From Dehalococcoidia bacterium (GTDB lineage Bacteria > Chloroflexota > Dehalococcoidia > DSTF01 > RBG-16-68-14), in contig JBBDXS010000011.1 of the NCBI GenBank assembly GCA_040902195.1, positions 86,398 to 150,397 on the forward strand: a DNA stretch of 64,000 nucleotides, in the 5' to 3' direction. Position 1 is the stretch's first letter, and each line of letters begins with the position of its first letter. Made by a program: the position numbers and the translations under genes. Below the pieces are notes generated by a model, which was not told where the DNA came from, searched no databases, and saw only the letters and a list, made by a program, of their open reading frames with translations. Below are positions 28,712 through 38,543 of the stretch, piece after piece.

Positions 28712-29428
28712 ATGCAACCAGCGCGACAAGACGAGGTCCACCTGCCCGCGCTGTATCGCCGCCGCTTCGGCGCCGCGGAGCGCAAACGCAAGGACGCGCT
28801 CTGGAAGGTCCTCTGCGCCGGCTTCCTGCAGCGCTATGTACAGGCCACCGACACCGTCATCGATTTGGGCGCCGGTTACGGGGAGTTCATCAACAACATC
28901 CGTGCCGCCAGGAAGATCGCCGTCGATCTGAACGAGGACACCGCGGACGCCCTCGATCCTGACGTCACATTCGCGCTGAGCGCTGGCGCGCGCCTGCCGA
29001 ACGTGCAGGACGGCTCAGCCGACGTCGTCTTCGCGAGCAACTTCTTCGAGCACATGCTCTCGAAGGCCGAGCTGATGGAGACGCTGCGCGAGATCGCGCG
29101 CGTGCTGCGCACGAGTGGACGGCTGCTTGTATTGCAGCCCAACATCAGGTTCGCGTACCGCGAGTACTGGGACTACTTCGACCACCACGTCGCGCTGAGC
29201 GACCGCAGCCTGGCTGAGGCGGTCGAGATGTCGGGCTTCCGCGTCACGGACGTCCGGCCGCGCTTCCTTCCGTACACCACGAAATCGAAGCTGCCGCAGC
29301 ATCCCGCCCTGCTGCGTCTCTACCTGCGTCTGCCGCCCCTCCAGTGGCTGTTCGGCAAGCAGATGTTCCTCGCGGCGGAGCGCACATCCGAGCCTCCCGG
29401 AACGGCTCGCATCCTTCGGAGCGAGTAG
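28712..29428 (+). CDS. Class I SAM-dependent methyltransferase
   Basis: VIDLGAGYGEF motif I and DVVFASNFFEHM. 238 aa. Confidence 0.8.
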   Translation: MQPARQDEVHLPALYRRRFGAAERKRKDALWKVLCAGFLQRYVQATDTVIDLGAGYGEFINNIRAARKIAVDLNEDTADALDPDVTFALSAGARLPNVQDGSADVVFASNFFEHMLSKAELMETLREIARVLRTSGRLLVLQPNIRFAYREYWDYFDHHVALSDRSLAEAVEMSGFRVTDVRPRFLPYTTKSKLPQHPALLRLYLRLPPLQWLFGKQMFLAAERTSEPPGTARILRSE

Positions 29429-29612
29429 CGGAAGCAGACGCGGCTCGGCGTCGGTGACTCCCTACCAACGTTATGGTAGGATGCGGACGAGTTCGGGGAG
29501 CTCTGCCCGTCGCGGTCCCCGCCGGGCGCTTGGAGCAATCGTGTGATCGTAACGAGGGGCCATCGCGCTGCGTTTTCTCACCTAGGGCCTCCCTCGTAGG
29601 CCCGGCCTACTC

Positions 29613-32207
29613 ATGAGCAGCGAAAAGCTCGCCACGCGACCGGCCTTGCCGCCTCGACGCTTCACGGTGCCGTCCACCTCCGAGCTGCTCGCGGAGGGAC
29701 GCGGCAGGCGTGCTCTGATGGGAGCCGCCGCGCTCTTCCTGTTCCTCTTGTTCATTCTGTACGTCCGGCCCCTCGGGCTGCTGCCCGGCTATCCGGCCGT
29801 CGCGCTGGCGCTCCTCGCCTGGGGCGTCGTGCCGGGCTGGCTCGTCCAGCGCGCGCTCCTTCGCAGCGATGCGAACGTCGTCGAACGAGTGGCTGTCGCG
29901 TTCTTACTGAGCGTGGCGATCTCCGCGCCAGCAGGTATCGTCGGGCTGCGCCTCCACTGGACGGTCGAGGGCTTCGGCGTCGCGTACGCGCTACTCGCCG
30001 CGATCGCGGGCGGCGTCTCGCTGCTGTTCCCGGCCGGAGCGAACGATGACGAGGTCTCGACGCAGGCCGGGGCGCCGTCGTTCAACACGACGCCGCTGCT
30101 TGTGCTCGTCGCCGTGCCCCTCCTCGCGATCGCGACCTCGCCGTGGTGGTCCGGCAACAACATCGCGCGCGACGCGGACGACTGGGTGTACATGGCGTAC
30201 GTGAACCAGTACGTTCAGCACGACCTGGATGTGACGGCTACGGACGCCGGCCTCGGCTCGTACCAACGCATGGGCGCGAACGTCTGGGTCGTTGACGAGG
30301 CGCTCCTGGTCGATTCTGCGGACGTGGCGCCGCACGAGCTGCTGGTCTCGTTCCTGCCGCCTCTGCTCACGCTGCTCGCCGCGGCCGGGACGTTTACGCT
30401 CGCGAAGGGCGTGTTTGGCCGGACATCGGTGGCGCTGCTGGCGGTGGCGTTCATGCTCGGCTACGGCATCCTCGATCTCTCTCCGCATGAGGGGTTCGGC
30501 CGCAACCTCTTCTTACGCATCGGCGAGGACAAGATGGTGGCCTCCTTCGTGCTGTTGCCGGTCGGCATCCTGCTCGGGTGGCGTTTCATCGTGCGCCCGC
30601 GCGTCGCGGCGTGCGTCGCAGCGCTGACCGCCGGTATCGCGCTGTTCGCCGTGCATCCGCTGGGCCTGCTGTTTCTCGGCATCGCCATGGCGTCGTTCAT
30701 CGTCTGTCGGACGCTCGTCGAACGCTGGCGGACGCTTGTCGAACGATCGCCGTTGACGCTCGCCGCGGGGCTGGCGCTTGCCCTGCCGCTGCTGGCGCTG
30801 GTCGGGATCGCGGCGGCGTACCTCTCCGAGCAGAGTCAGACCGTCGTTGCTGTGTCCGAGACGCGTCTCCTGTTCCGAGAAGAGTTCCACGTGCAGGACG
30901 TCGGCCACGGGCTCTCGATCGGCAGTTACCACCTCCTGCTGCACCCGCTCGTGCTCTTCGCGCTCGCCGTAGCGCCGATCGTGTGGTTGCGCGCCAGGCG
31001 CGATGCCGGCGCGCAGCTCCTGTTCGCGATGGCCGTTGCGGTTCCAGCCCTGTTCTTCATCCCGCCGCTGACGACGGCGCTCGGCAAGTGGTTCTCCTGG
31101 AGCTCAGTGTGGCGGCTCCCGTGGATGCTGCCCACCCCGCTCATCCTTGCGCTGTTCTGCGAGCAGACAGTGGCGTGGCTCGCGCGCGATCGCTTGCGGG
31201 CGCTGGCGCTGCCGGCGACCGTCGTGGTCGTGCTCGCCGCCGCGCTCGTTGTGCAGGAGTACTATTTCGTGCGCGATGGCGGCTCGTTCTACAACCGCAC
31301 CAGCTCGACGGCGCTGCTGCCCGGTATTGACAGCTCGATCACGTTAGGCGGGCTCGACCGCGCGTTCTCGAGCGACTGGCGCCTTCCCAACCGCATCGAG
31401 CGGCTTGCGAACTATCTGGAGGAGACGGCGGCGCCCGGCTCGACAGTCATGGCCGAGGGCGACGTGAGCGTCTTCCTGCCGGGCTTGCTCGCGGACATCA
31501 ACACATACGGTGGCCTGAACTCCGCGACGCAGGACGAGGTGGAAACAGCCCAGGCGTTCTATGGCGCAATGTTCGATAATGCGCGCGACGCGAAGCGTCT
31601 CGCGCTCGCCGCCGGCATCGACTACCTGGTCGTCGCGAACAACACGCCGGCCAGCGACAAGATGCAAACGATCGAGGCGTACTACTACGACCGGCTCATC
31701 CCGCGCGTCGGCTCTCCCGAATTAGGGACGTTCGGCATCCCGAATGTGATACCAGGCTGGGCGCTCGACGCGAACAGCGAGGAACGGATTGCGGCGCGCC
31801 GCGGGTTTGTCGTTCCGGCCGACATCTCGACGGAGGACCTATCGCTCGACTTCTCCCTCATCCTGGCGCCTCTCAAGCCCGTCGAGAAGGACGCCAACGC
31901 ACGACTGGTAGTCGCGTATTTCCCGCCGCCGCCGCCAGGCGAAGAGCTCAAGATCGTGAATGTTGTGTTCGAAGCAGAGCTGGAGAAGGGCCTGGGAGTT
32001 GGAACCGTCGTGCGGGCAGACCGCTCGCCGTCAGCAACGGTCACGCCCGGAGCGGAATACGCCCTTGTCGTCGCGCGGCTAGGCGCTGCGCTGGAGGACA
32101 CCTACCCAGGCGACATCGCGCTCTTCGGACTGCTCGTGCACTACCATCCGCAATGGCTGCATGAGATAGAAGAGACGTCTTACAGGGTGCTCGACGTATC
32201 GCAATAA
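29613..32207 (+). CDS. Large polytopic membrane protein, putative GT-C-type glycosyltransferase; paralog of 580..2733 with longer C-terminal domain
   Basis: DDWVYMAYV...LLAVAFMLGYGILDLSPHEGFGRNLFLRIGEDKM is colinear with the 717-aa protein. 864 aa. Confidence 0.8.
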   Translation: MSSEKLATRPALPPRRFTVPSTSELLAEGRGRRALMGAAALFLFLLFILYVRPLGLLPGYPAVALALLAWGVVPGWLVQRALLRSDANVVERVAVAFLLSVAISAPAGIVGLRLHWTVEGFGVAYALLAAIAGGVSLLFPAGANDDEVSTQAGAPSFNTTPLLVLVAVPLLAIATSPWWSGNNIARDADDWVYMAYVNQYVQHDLDVTATDAGLGSYQRMGANVWVVDEALLVDSADVAPHELLVSFLPPLLTLLAAAGTFTLAKGVFGRTSVALLAVAFMLGYGILDLSPHEGFGRNLFLRIGEDKMVASFVLLPVGILLGWRFIVRPRVAACVAALTAGIALFAVHPLGLLFLGIAMASFIVCRTLVERWRTLVERSPLTLAAGLALALPLLALVGIAAAYLSEQSQTVVAVSETRLLFREEFHVQDVGHGLSIGSYHLLLHPLVLFALAVAPIVWLRARRDAGAQLLFAMAVAVPALFFIPPLTTALGKWFSWSSVWRLPWMLPTPLILALFCEQTVAWLARDRLRALALPATVVVVLAAALVVQEYYFVRDGGSFYNRTSSTALLPGIDSSITLGGLDRAFSSDWRLPNRIERLANYLEETAAPGSTVMAEGDVSVFLPGLLADINTYGGLNSATQDEVETAQAFYGAMFDNARDAKRLALAAGIDYLVVANNTPASDKMQTIEAYYYDRLIPRVGSPELGTFGIPNVIPGWALDANSEERIAARRGFVVPADISTEDLSLDFSLILAPLKPVEKDANARLVVAYFPPPPPGEELKIVNVVFEAELEKGLGVGTVVRADRSPSATVTPGAEYALVVARLGAALEDTYPGDIALFGLLVHYHPQWLHEIEETSYRVLDVSQ

Positions 32208-32388
32208 CAGGCCGCGCCCAGCCGGAGCATCCCCGAGTCCGTGCTGCACATGGTAAGCTGATCCGCAGCGACGGCTTTATGGATTTCACGAACGCCCGCT
32301 TCTATACCATGCAGTGGATGGAGCTTGCCAAGAGTGGTTGGGCTCCTCCGGCACGAGCGGGCGTCACGCGCAACGCCAAGTAGCCCGC

Positions 32389-33276
32389 ATGCGCGCGCTA
32401 CTCATTGGCAGCAAGGGCCAGCTGGGCAGCGACCTCCGCCGCGTCTGGAGCGGCAAACTCATCGCCCTCCCCCACGACGACATCGACGTCTGCGATCGCG
32501 ATCGCGTGTCCGCCGTCGTTTCGCGCGAGCGGCCCGAGCTTGTCATCAACTGCGCCGCCTACCACCGCGTCGACGAGCTGGAATCGAACGTGCTCCGCGC
32601 GTTCGAGGTGAACGCTGTCGGCGCGAAGAACGTCGCGGACGCTGCCCGCGAGGTTGATGCTGCCGTCATGTGGATCGGCACCGACTACGTCTTCGACGGC
32701 GAGAAGGGGACTCCTTATGTCGAGACGGACCTACCGCGGCCGCTGAGCGTCTACGGCGCGTCGAAGCTCGCCGGCGAGCACCTCGTGCGGCAGAGCAATC
32801 CGAAGCACTACGTCGTGCGCAGCTCGAGCCTGTTCGGCGTGGCCGGCGCGAGCGGGAAGGGCGGCAACTTCGTCGAGACGATGATCCGCAAGGCGAAAGA
32901 AGGCGAGCCGCTCCGCGTCGTGGACGACCAGACCTCCTCGCCGACGCTGACGTTCGACCTCGCAGAGAAACTCCAGGAGCTGGCGGGGACGAATCGATAC
33001 GGCCTCTACCACGTCACGAACAGCGGCCAGGTCTCCTGGTTCCACTTCGCCGCGAAGATCTTCGAGCTCTGCGGCCTCAACCCATCGATGACACCCATGT
33101 CCACCGACGAGCTTGCGGCGCCGGCCCGGCGTCCGCGCTTCTCCGTGATGGAGAACGCTGCACTGAAATCGATTGGCATCGCGCAGGCGCGTCCGTGGGA
33201 GGAAGCACTCGAGGCGTATCTACGCGAGAAGGGGCACCTGAAGCCGTCCGCCGCGCGCGCTACCCCGGAGCCTTAG
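32389..33276 (+). CDS. rfbD: dTDP-4-dehydrorhamnose reductase
   Basis: ATG 32389. MRALLIGSKGQLG, VINCAAY, TDYVFDG, YGASKLAGE. Confidence 0.85.
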   Translation: MRALLIGSKGQLGSDLRRVWSGKLIALPHDDIDVCDRDRVSAVVSRERPELVINCAAYHRVDELESNVLRAFEVNAVGAKNVADAAREVDAAVMWIGTDYVFDGEKGTPYVETDLPRPLSVYGASKLAGEHLVRQSNPKHYVVRSSSLFGVAGASGKGGNFVETMIRKAKEGEPLRVVDDQTSSPTLTFDLAEKLQELAGTNRYGLYHVTNSGQVSWFHFAAKIFELCGLNPSMTPMSTDELAAPARRPRFSVMENAALKSIGIAQARPWEEALEAYLREKGHLKPSAARATPEP

Positions 33277-33365
33277 AACCTCTGAACCTCGCAACCAGAG
33301 AGATCGCGCGCCGCGTCGTTCAAAGGTTCCGTGGTTCCGCGGTTGTGTGGTTCCATGGAGGGACG

Positions 33366-33995
33366 ATGGGTGGAGTAGTCCGCGGCCTCTACGTCATCAT
33401 CGATCCGGGCGCGTGCCGCGGCCGCGACGCCGTCGAAGTTGCGCGCCTCGCGCTCGAGGGCGGCGCTTCGATGCTGCAGTGGCGAGACAAGCGGCGCGAG
33501 AAGGGCGACCAGCTTTCGCAAGCGACGGCCATCCGAGACCTCTGCGCGCGCCACGGCGCGCTCTTCATCGTGAACGACCACATCGATCTTGCACTTGCCG
33601 CCGGCGCGGATGGCGCGCACCTGGGCCAGCACGACCTGCCCGTCGCGGTTGCGCGGCGTATCGTGCCGGCGGACTTCGTCCTCGGCGTGTCGACGAATAA
33701 CGCCGACGAAGCGCGCGCGGCCGAGGCGAACGGCGCGAGCTACGTCGCCGTCGGCGCGATCTTCTCGACGGCCTCGAAGGAGCCGGAGCGTACGCGCGCG
33801 GCGAGCCCGGAGCGCCTGCGCGAGGTGAAGTCTGCCGTGCGGGTGCCCGTCGTCGCGATCGGCGGGATCGACGCCTCGAACATAGCGCAGGTCATCGCTG
33901 CCGGAGCGGACGCTGCCGCCGTGATCGGCGCCGTTTGCGGCGCCGACGACCCGCAGTCGGCCGCGGCAGAGCTAGCGAGAGCGTTCGTTACATAA
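33366..33995 (+). CDS. thiE: Thiamine-phosphate synthase
   Basis: ATG 33366 with ggaggga RBS. LYVIIDP, LQWRDK, VNDHIDLALAAGADGAHLGQHD, GVSTNN, YVAVGAIF, VVAIGGI. Confidence 0.85.
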   Translation: MGGVVRGLYVIIDPGACRGRDAVEVARLALEGGASMLQWRDKRREKGDQLSQATAIRDLCARHGALFIVNDHIDLALAAGADGAHLGQHDLPVAVARRIVPADFVLGVSTNNADEARAAEANGASYVAVGAIFSTASKEPERTRAASPERLREVKSAVRVPVVAIGGIDASNIAQVIAAGADAAAVIGAVCGADDPQSAAAELARAFVT

Positions 33996-34052
33996 GCTGC
34001 GCCCTCACCCCGAGTTGTTCACAAGCTCGGAAGAGGGAGCTACGCTGTCTCT

Positions 34053-35405
34053 CTACATAAGCCGCGCCGGATCGAACGGGGCGAGCGCCTCCGGCACGCG
34101 GTCGCTCACGATCAGGTCCGCGATCAGCTCGCCCGTAATCGGGCCGAGCAGGATGCCGTTTCGGTAGTGTCCCGTCGCGAGCGTGACGTTGTCCCAGCCC
34201 GACAGTGCCCCCAGTAGCGGCAGGCCGTCGGGCGAGCCGGGACGCAGCCCGGCCCACGAGAAGTGCTCGCGCGCGTGGCGGAGCTGTGGCACCAGCTCGA
34301 ACGCGCCGCGACGCACCTGCGCCAGCCCGCGCTGCGTCGTGCGGATGCGAAAGCCGACCTGCTCGACCGTCGATCCGGCGAAGACGAGGCCGTTCGCGCG
34401 GGGCAGGACGTAACCGCGCGGCCCCCAGACGACGGCGTGGATCGGCGTGACCATCCGTCCCAGCGCCAGCATCTGGCCCCGGACGGGGAACACGGGCACG
34501 TGCGCGCGCAGGCGCTTCGCAATCTGGCCCGTCCACGCGCCCGCTGCCAGCACGACGCGGTCGCAGGCGAAGTCGCCGCGCGGCGTCCGCACGGCGGCCA
34601 CGCGCGAGCCGCTCGTCTCGAAGCCGGTCACCGGCGCGCCCTCGACGATGCGCGCGCCGCGCTGCTTGGCCGCCCGCGTCAGCGCGAGGGTGAAGAGCTG
34701 GTTGCTGAGGTGGCCTTCGTCCGGGCAGAGCACACCGCCCACGATGCGCTCGCTCAGGCGCGGCTCCGCGTCGCGCACCATCTGCTGGTCCAGCTCGATC
34801 AGCTCGACGCCCAGCTCCTCCCGGTAGCGCAGCCCGCGGCGAAGCTCTGCGAGCTCATCCTCTTCGAACGCGACGCGCAGGACGCCGCACATGTCCAGCT
34901 CTACATCGATGTCCGGCACGTCCTCGAGCAGGCGGTCGCGCCAGACCGGATAGCGACGGAGCCCCTCGAGCCCGAAGCGCACCAGGGGGCCAGGCCGCTG
35001 GAACTCCGCCAGCGGCGCTACGATGCCCGCTGCGGCGTTCGTCGCGGCCATCCCCGCCCGACGGCTGTCCAGCACCACAGAGGCCACTCCGCGGCGCGAC
35101 AGCTCGTACGCGATGGCGCAGCCGACGATGCCCGCGCCTACAATCACGACGGAGGCGGCGCCGGAGCCCCCGGCCTTCGAGCTTCGAGGATCGAGCTTCG
35201 AGGATCCGCCTCCAACCATCCGGACTATTTCGACGAGGTCGCCGTCATGGACGGAGGTCTCGGCGTGCTGCTTCTTCGGCACGACCTCGCCGTTGATCGC
35301 GACGGCGACCAGGCGAGCGTCGATCGCGAGCGCGCGCAGCAGTTCGAGCACGGAGAGCTCGTGCTCGAATGTGCGGGGCTTGCCGTTGATCGTGAGCGAG
35401 ATCAT
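34053..35405 (-). CDS. thiO: ThiS (sulfur carrier) fused in frame to glycine oxidase ThiO
   Basis: The N-terminal 66 aa, MISLTINGKP...DGDLVEIVRMVGGG, are ThiS ending in the GG signature. A linker SSKLDPRSSKAGGSGA follows. Then comes VVIVGAGIVGCAIAYEL, an FAD-binding DAO-family oxidase. Confidence 0.85.
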   Translation of the reverse strand: MISLTINGKPRTFEHELSVLELLRALAIDARLVAVAINGEVVPKKQHAETSVHDGDLVEIVRMVGGGSSKLDPRSSKAGGSGAASVVIVGAGIVGCAIAYELSRRGVASVVLDSRRAGMAATNAAAGIVAPLAEFQRPGPLVRFGLEGLRRYPVWRDRLLEDVPDIDVELDMCGVLRVAFEEDELAELRRGLRYREELGVELIELDQQMVRDAEPRLSERIVGGVLCPDEGHLSNQLFTLALTRAAKQRGARIVEGAPVTGFETSGSRVAAVRTPRGDFACDRVVLAAGAWTGQIAKRLRAHVPVFPVRGQMLALGRMVTPIHAVVWGPRGYVLPRANGLVFAGSTVEQVGFRIRTTQRGLAQVRRGAFELVPQLRHAREHFSWAGLRPGSPDGLPLLGALSGWDNVTLATGHYRNGILLGPITGELIADLIVSDRVPEALAPFDPARLM

Positions 35406-36064
35406 CGCGCCGTGACGCCGTACGCGTCGTCGAGCGCGCGACGGAGGTCTTCGGCCGCGCGCTGCGGGTCGTCCGCGTCCAGGATTGCGCCGATCACCGC
35501 GACGCCGTCCGCGCCCGCCTCGATCACCTCGCGTACGTTTCCGGGCCGGATGCCGCCGATCGCGATCACGGGCAGCCGGATCGCGTCCGCCACCCCGCGC
35601 ACGAGCGACACGCCTGCCGGAAGCTGGCCGAGCTTCGATACGGTCTCGAAGACCGTGCCTAAGATGACATAATCAAGGCCATCCTCCTCGGCGCGCCGGG
35701 CCGCGTCGACGCTGTGTACTGACCGCCCGACGAGGCAGTTCTCGCCGGCCAGCGCTCGCGCCGGCTTGCCGGGCAGGCCGTCCTCCGGCAGATGGACGCC
35801 GTCGGCGCCGCAGGCCAGCGCCACGTCGAGGCGGTCGTTCACGAGCAGGAGCGCTCGGCCGCGCAGGATGGAATGCAGCGCGACGGCTGTGTGGTAAAGG
35901 CCGGTCGCGGGCAGGTCCTTCTCGCGTAGCTGGACGGCGTTTACGCCGCCCGACACGGCCAGCGAAACGACGGCCTTTATGTCGCGTCCGCGCAGGCGCG
36001 CCTCGTCCGTCACCAGCATCAGGCAGGGCGATGGCCAGCGCAGCAGGCGGGGCGGGACGGCCAT
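35402..36064 (-). CDS. ThiE/TenI family protein (thiamine-phosphate synthase or thiazole tautomerase)
   Basis: ATG at the complement of 36062-36064. LMLVTDE, VQLREKD, VNDRLDVALACGADGVHL, GRSVHS, YVILGTVF, VIAIGGI. ATGA-type overlap with thiS-thiO. Confidence 0.8.
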   Translation of the reverse strand: MAVPPRLLRWPSPCLMLVTDEARLRGRDIKAVVSLAVSGGVNAVQLREKDLPATGLYHTAVALHSILRGRALLLVNDRLDVALACGADGVHLPEDGLPGKPARALAGENCLVGRSVHSVDAARRAEEDGLDYVILGTVFETVSKLGQLPAGVSLVRGVADAIRLPVIAIGGIRPGNVREVIEAGADGVAVIGAILDADDPQRAAEDLRRALDDAYGVTAR

Positions 36065-36071
36065 CGGACCG

Positions 36072-36869
36072 CTAGGAGACCGGTTCGCGCCGCTTGGGCG
36101 CGGGCGTACCTTCGAGCGGGCTGCTGGCCGAGGCGTACGGTTTCCGCGCGATGCGCCCGGCAAGGTACGCCGCGCGCCCCGCCTCGACGCCGAGGCGCAT
36201 CGCCTCCGCCATGCGCGGCGGGTCCTCCGCGAGCGCGACGGCGCTGTTGACGAGCACGGCGTCCGCGCCGATCTCGAGCGCGAGCGACGCGTCGGACGGC
36301 GCGCCGATGCCGGCGTCGACGACGACAGGTACGTGTGCGGTTTCGACGATAATCTTGATCTCATCGATTGTGAGCAGGCCCTGGCCGGAGCCGATCGCCG
36401 AGCCAAGCGGCATCACGGTCGCGCACCCGGCATCCTCGAGCCGTCGCGCCAGCATCGGGTCGGCGTGGATGTAGGGCAGCACGACGAAGCCGTCGTCGAT
36501 CATCTGTCGCGCCGCCTCGAGCGTGTCGATGGGGTCGGGCAGCAAGTACTTCGGGTCGGGGATGACCTCCAGCTTTACCCAGTCCGAGCCTGTTAGCTCG
36601 CGACCGAGGCGCGCCGTGAACATCGCCTCCTCGACCGTCTTGCTACCCGCCGTGTTGGGCAGGACGGTGTAACGCCCCCAGTCGATGTAGTCCAGCTCGG
36701 TCTGCTTGTCCGGGTTGTCGAGGTCGAGGCGGCGGATCGCCACCGTGACGATCTCGCAGCCGGAGGCGTCGAGCGCGGCCTTGCACAGCTCGGGGCTGGC
36801 GTACTTGCCGGTGCCCAGGATGAGCCGCGAGCGGAATCGCCTTCCCGCGATGATCAGTTCGTCTTCCAT
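36072..36869 (-). CDS. thiG: Thiazole synthase
   Basis: ATG at the complement of 36867-36869 with aaggagacc [51 protein letters not shown]. Confidence 0.93.
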   Translation of the reverse strand: MEDELIIAGRRFRSRLILGTGKYASPELCKAALDASGCEIVTVAIRRLDLDNPDKQTELDYIDWGRYTVLPNTAGSKTVEEAMFTARLGRELTGSDWVKLEVIPDPKYLLPDPIDTLEAARQMIDDGFVVLPYIHADPMLARRLEDAGCATVMPLGSAIGSGQGLLTIDEIKIIVETAHVPVVVDAGIGAPSDASLALEIGADAVLVNSAVALAEDPPRMAEAMRLGVEAGRAAYLAGRIARKPYASASSPLEGTPAPKRREPVS

Positions 36870-37114
36870 TGGTCTCCTTGCTCCGCGTTCGGCGGGTCCG
36901 TCAGTTTCGAGAGGCGCGTCGCGAAGACGGCGAGCCCGATCGTGACGGCGACGCCTACGCAGGCAAGCACTGCGACGAAGGTGTCCTCCTGCATGGCAGC
37001 GATCAGCGCCAGCGCGCCGAACGCGAGCGCCATCACGCCGTACAGGATTCGAGCGCGCTTCGGCGCGCGCCACGTGTCGGTCCACCAGTGCCAGAAGCGC
37101 GAAAACACGAACAT
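36854..37114 (-). CDS. Candidate small membrane protein (86 aa, 2 TM)
   Basis: [42 protein letters not shown]...[13 protein letters not shown]. It sits between the permease stop and the thiG start. The upstream part of the track ORF overlaps the permease. Confidence 0.4.
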   Translation of the reverse strand: MFVFSRFWHWWTDTWRAPKRARILYGVMALAFGALALIAAMQEDTFVAVLACVGVAVTIGLAVFATRLSKLTDPPNAEQGDQWKTN

Positions 37115-37124
37115 CTCGCCTCTA

Positions 37125-38543
37125 TCATACCTCCGCGCTGGCCCGATCCGTGTTCGATTGCGCCTCGCCCTCTCGCAGCGCCTGCGACGCCATCGAGCCG
37201 GCCCAGTAGACGACGAACGAGACGGCGAAGCCCGGTATCGTGCCGCCGATATGCTGCATCCACGCCGGCGCCCACGACACGAAGTCAGCGTGCTCGAGCA
37301 GCCACGGCGGCTGCGCCGATAGCGCGTATACAAGGAAGCCCAGCCCCCACGCGAAGAGCCCCACGACGTTCACCCCCCAGTCGTGCCAGTAGACGCCCGC
37401 CATGCGGTAGAGCTCCGGCACGTCGTAGCGCTGCCGTCGCACCACGTAGTAGTCCGCGATCAGGATGCCGAACACCGGCACGAAGATGCCGCCGATGAGG
37501 AACAGGAAAGTCTCGTACTGGACCAGATCGAGGCTGATGGCGACGATGATCGCGACGATGCCGACCAGCACCGCGAGCACGGAGTGCGTCAGCTTCGGCA
37601 CAAGGTTCTGGATCGAGACCGCGGTCGAGTAGATGTTCGCGAACGCCTCGTCCGTTTCGCCGAAGAGCAGGACGATCAGCGCGACCCAGCCTATCGTGAG
37701 CGGCAGCATCATCTTCACCAGCGCGTCGACGAAGCCGCCGGGGTCGGTCTGGAGCGCCTGCACGTAGAGCATGCCGAGCGTGAAGAACCAGATGTTCGCG
37801 ATCGCGTAGCCGGCATACGTCCCGATCGCGGCGGGGGCCGCTCGCCGCGCGAAGCGGCTGTAGTCGCCGACGAGCGGCAGCCACGAGATCGGCAGGGCGA
37901 CCACGAGGTCGACGCCTTGCCAGAAGTTCGGGAAGCCGCCCGCGCCCTCCTGGTTCCAGATCGCGGACATGTCGAACTTGTAGAACAGGTAGAACGTCAG
38001 CCATGCCGCCGCCGCGACCACGACCCAGATGCCGAACTTCTGCATCCACTGGCGCACGACTACGATCGGCCCGCCCACGGCCATCGCCATGCCCACGATG
38101 CCGAAGAACAGCAGCCAGAAGTAGTACCCGCCGACATCGAAGTAGTGCTCGCTCAGCGCGCGCGCGGCCTGCGACATAATGATGATCTCGAGCGCGGCCC
38201 AGCCGACGAGCTGTAGGATGTTCAGCACCGTCGGCACGTACGAGCCGCGGATCCCCAGGGCGGGGCGCAGCGTGACCATCGTCGGGACGCCCGTGCGCGA
38301 GCCGACGATGCCCGCGAGCGAGAGCAGGACGGTACCCAGCAGGGTGCCGACGACGATCGCAAGCAGGGCAGCCTTCGTGCTCAGACCCGGCACGAGCAGC
38401 GAGCCGGCGATCATCACGAGCAGGCTCACGGCGAGGTCGCCCCAGAGCACCGCGAAGTCAAACGGACGTAAGTTACGCTTCGCCTCGGGGACGGGCTGGA
38501 TGCCCCAGTCCTCGGGCACGCGCACGGACATTCGTTCGTTCAT
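37125..38543 (-). CDS. NCS1 family permease (cytosine/purine/HMP; CytX-like candidate)
   Basis: 472 aa with 12 TM segments. The N-terminus IQPVPEAKRNLRPFDFAVLWGDLAVSLL is typical of NCS1. It lies inside a TPP-riboswitch-controlled operon. Confidence 0.85.
   Translation of the reverse strand: MNERMSVRVPEDWGIQPVPEAKRNLRPFDFAVLWGDLAVSLLVMIAGSLLVPGLSTKAALLAIVVGTLLGTVLLSLAGIVGSRTGVPTMVTLRPALGIRGSYVPTVLNILQLVGWAALEIIIMSQAARALSEHYFDVGGYYFWLLFFGIVGMAMAVGGPIVVVRQWMQKFGIWVVVAAAAWLTFYLFYKFDMSAIWNQEGAGGFPNFWQGVDLVVALPISWLPLVGDYSRFARRAAPAAIGTYAGYAIANIWFFTLGMLYVQALQTDPGGFVDALVKMMLPLTIGWVALIVLLFGETDEAFANIYSTAVSIQNLVPKLTHSVLAVLVGIVAIIVAISLDLVQYETFLFLIGGIFVPVFGILIADYYVVRRQRYDVPELYRMAGVYWHDWGVNVVGLFAWGLGFLVYALSAQPPWLLEHADFVSWAPAWMQHIGGTIPGFAVSFVVYWAGSMASQALREGEAQSNTDRASAEV

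Noticed and set aside
34263-35672. 469-aa plus-strand ORF
   Set aside because: It is antisense to thiS-thiO and thiE/tenI, with low-complexity Arg/Ala/His content.
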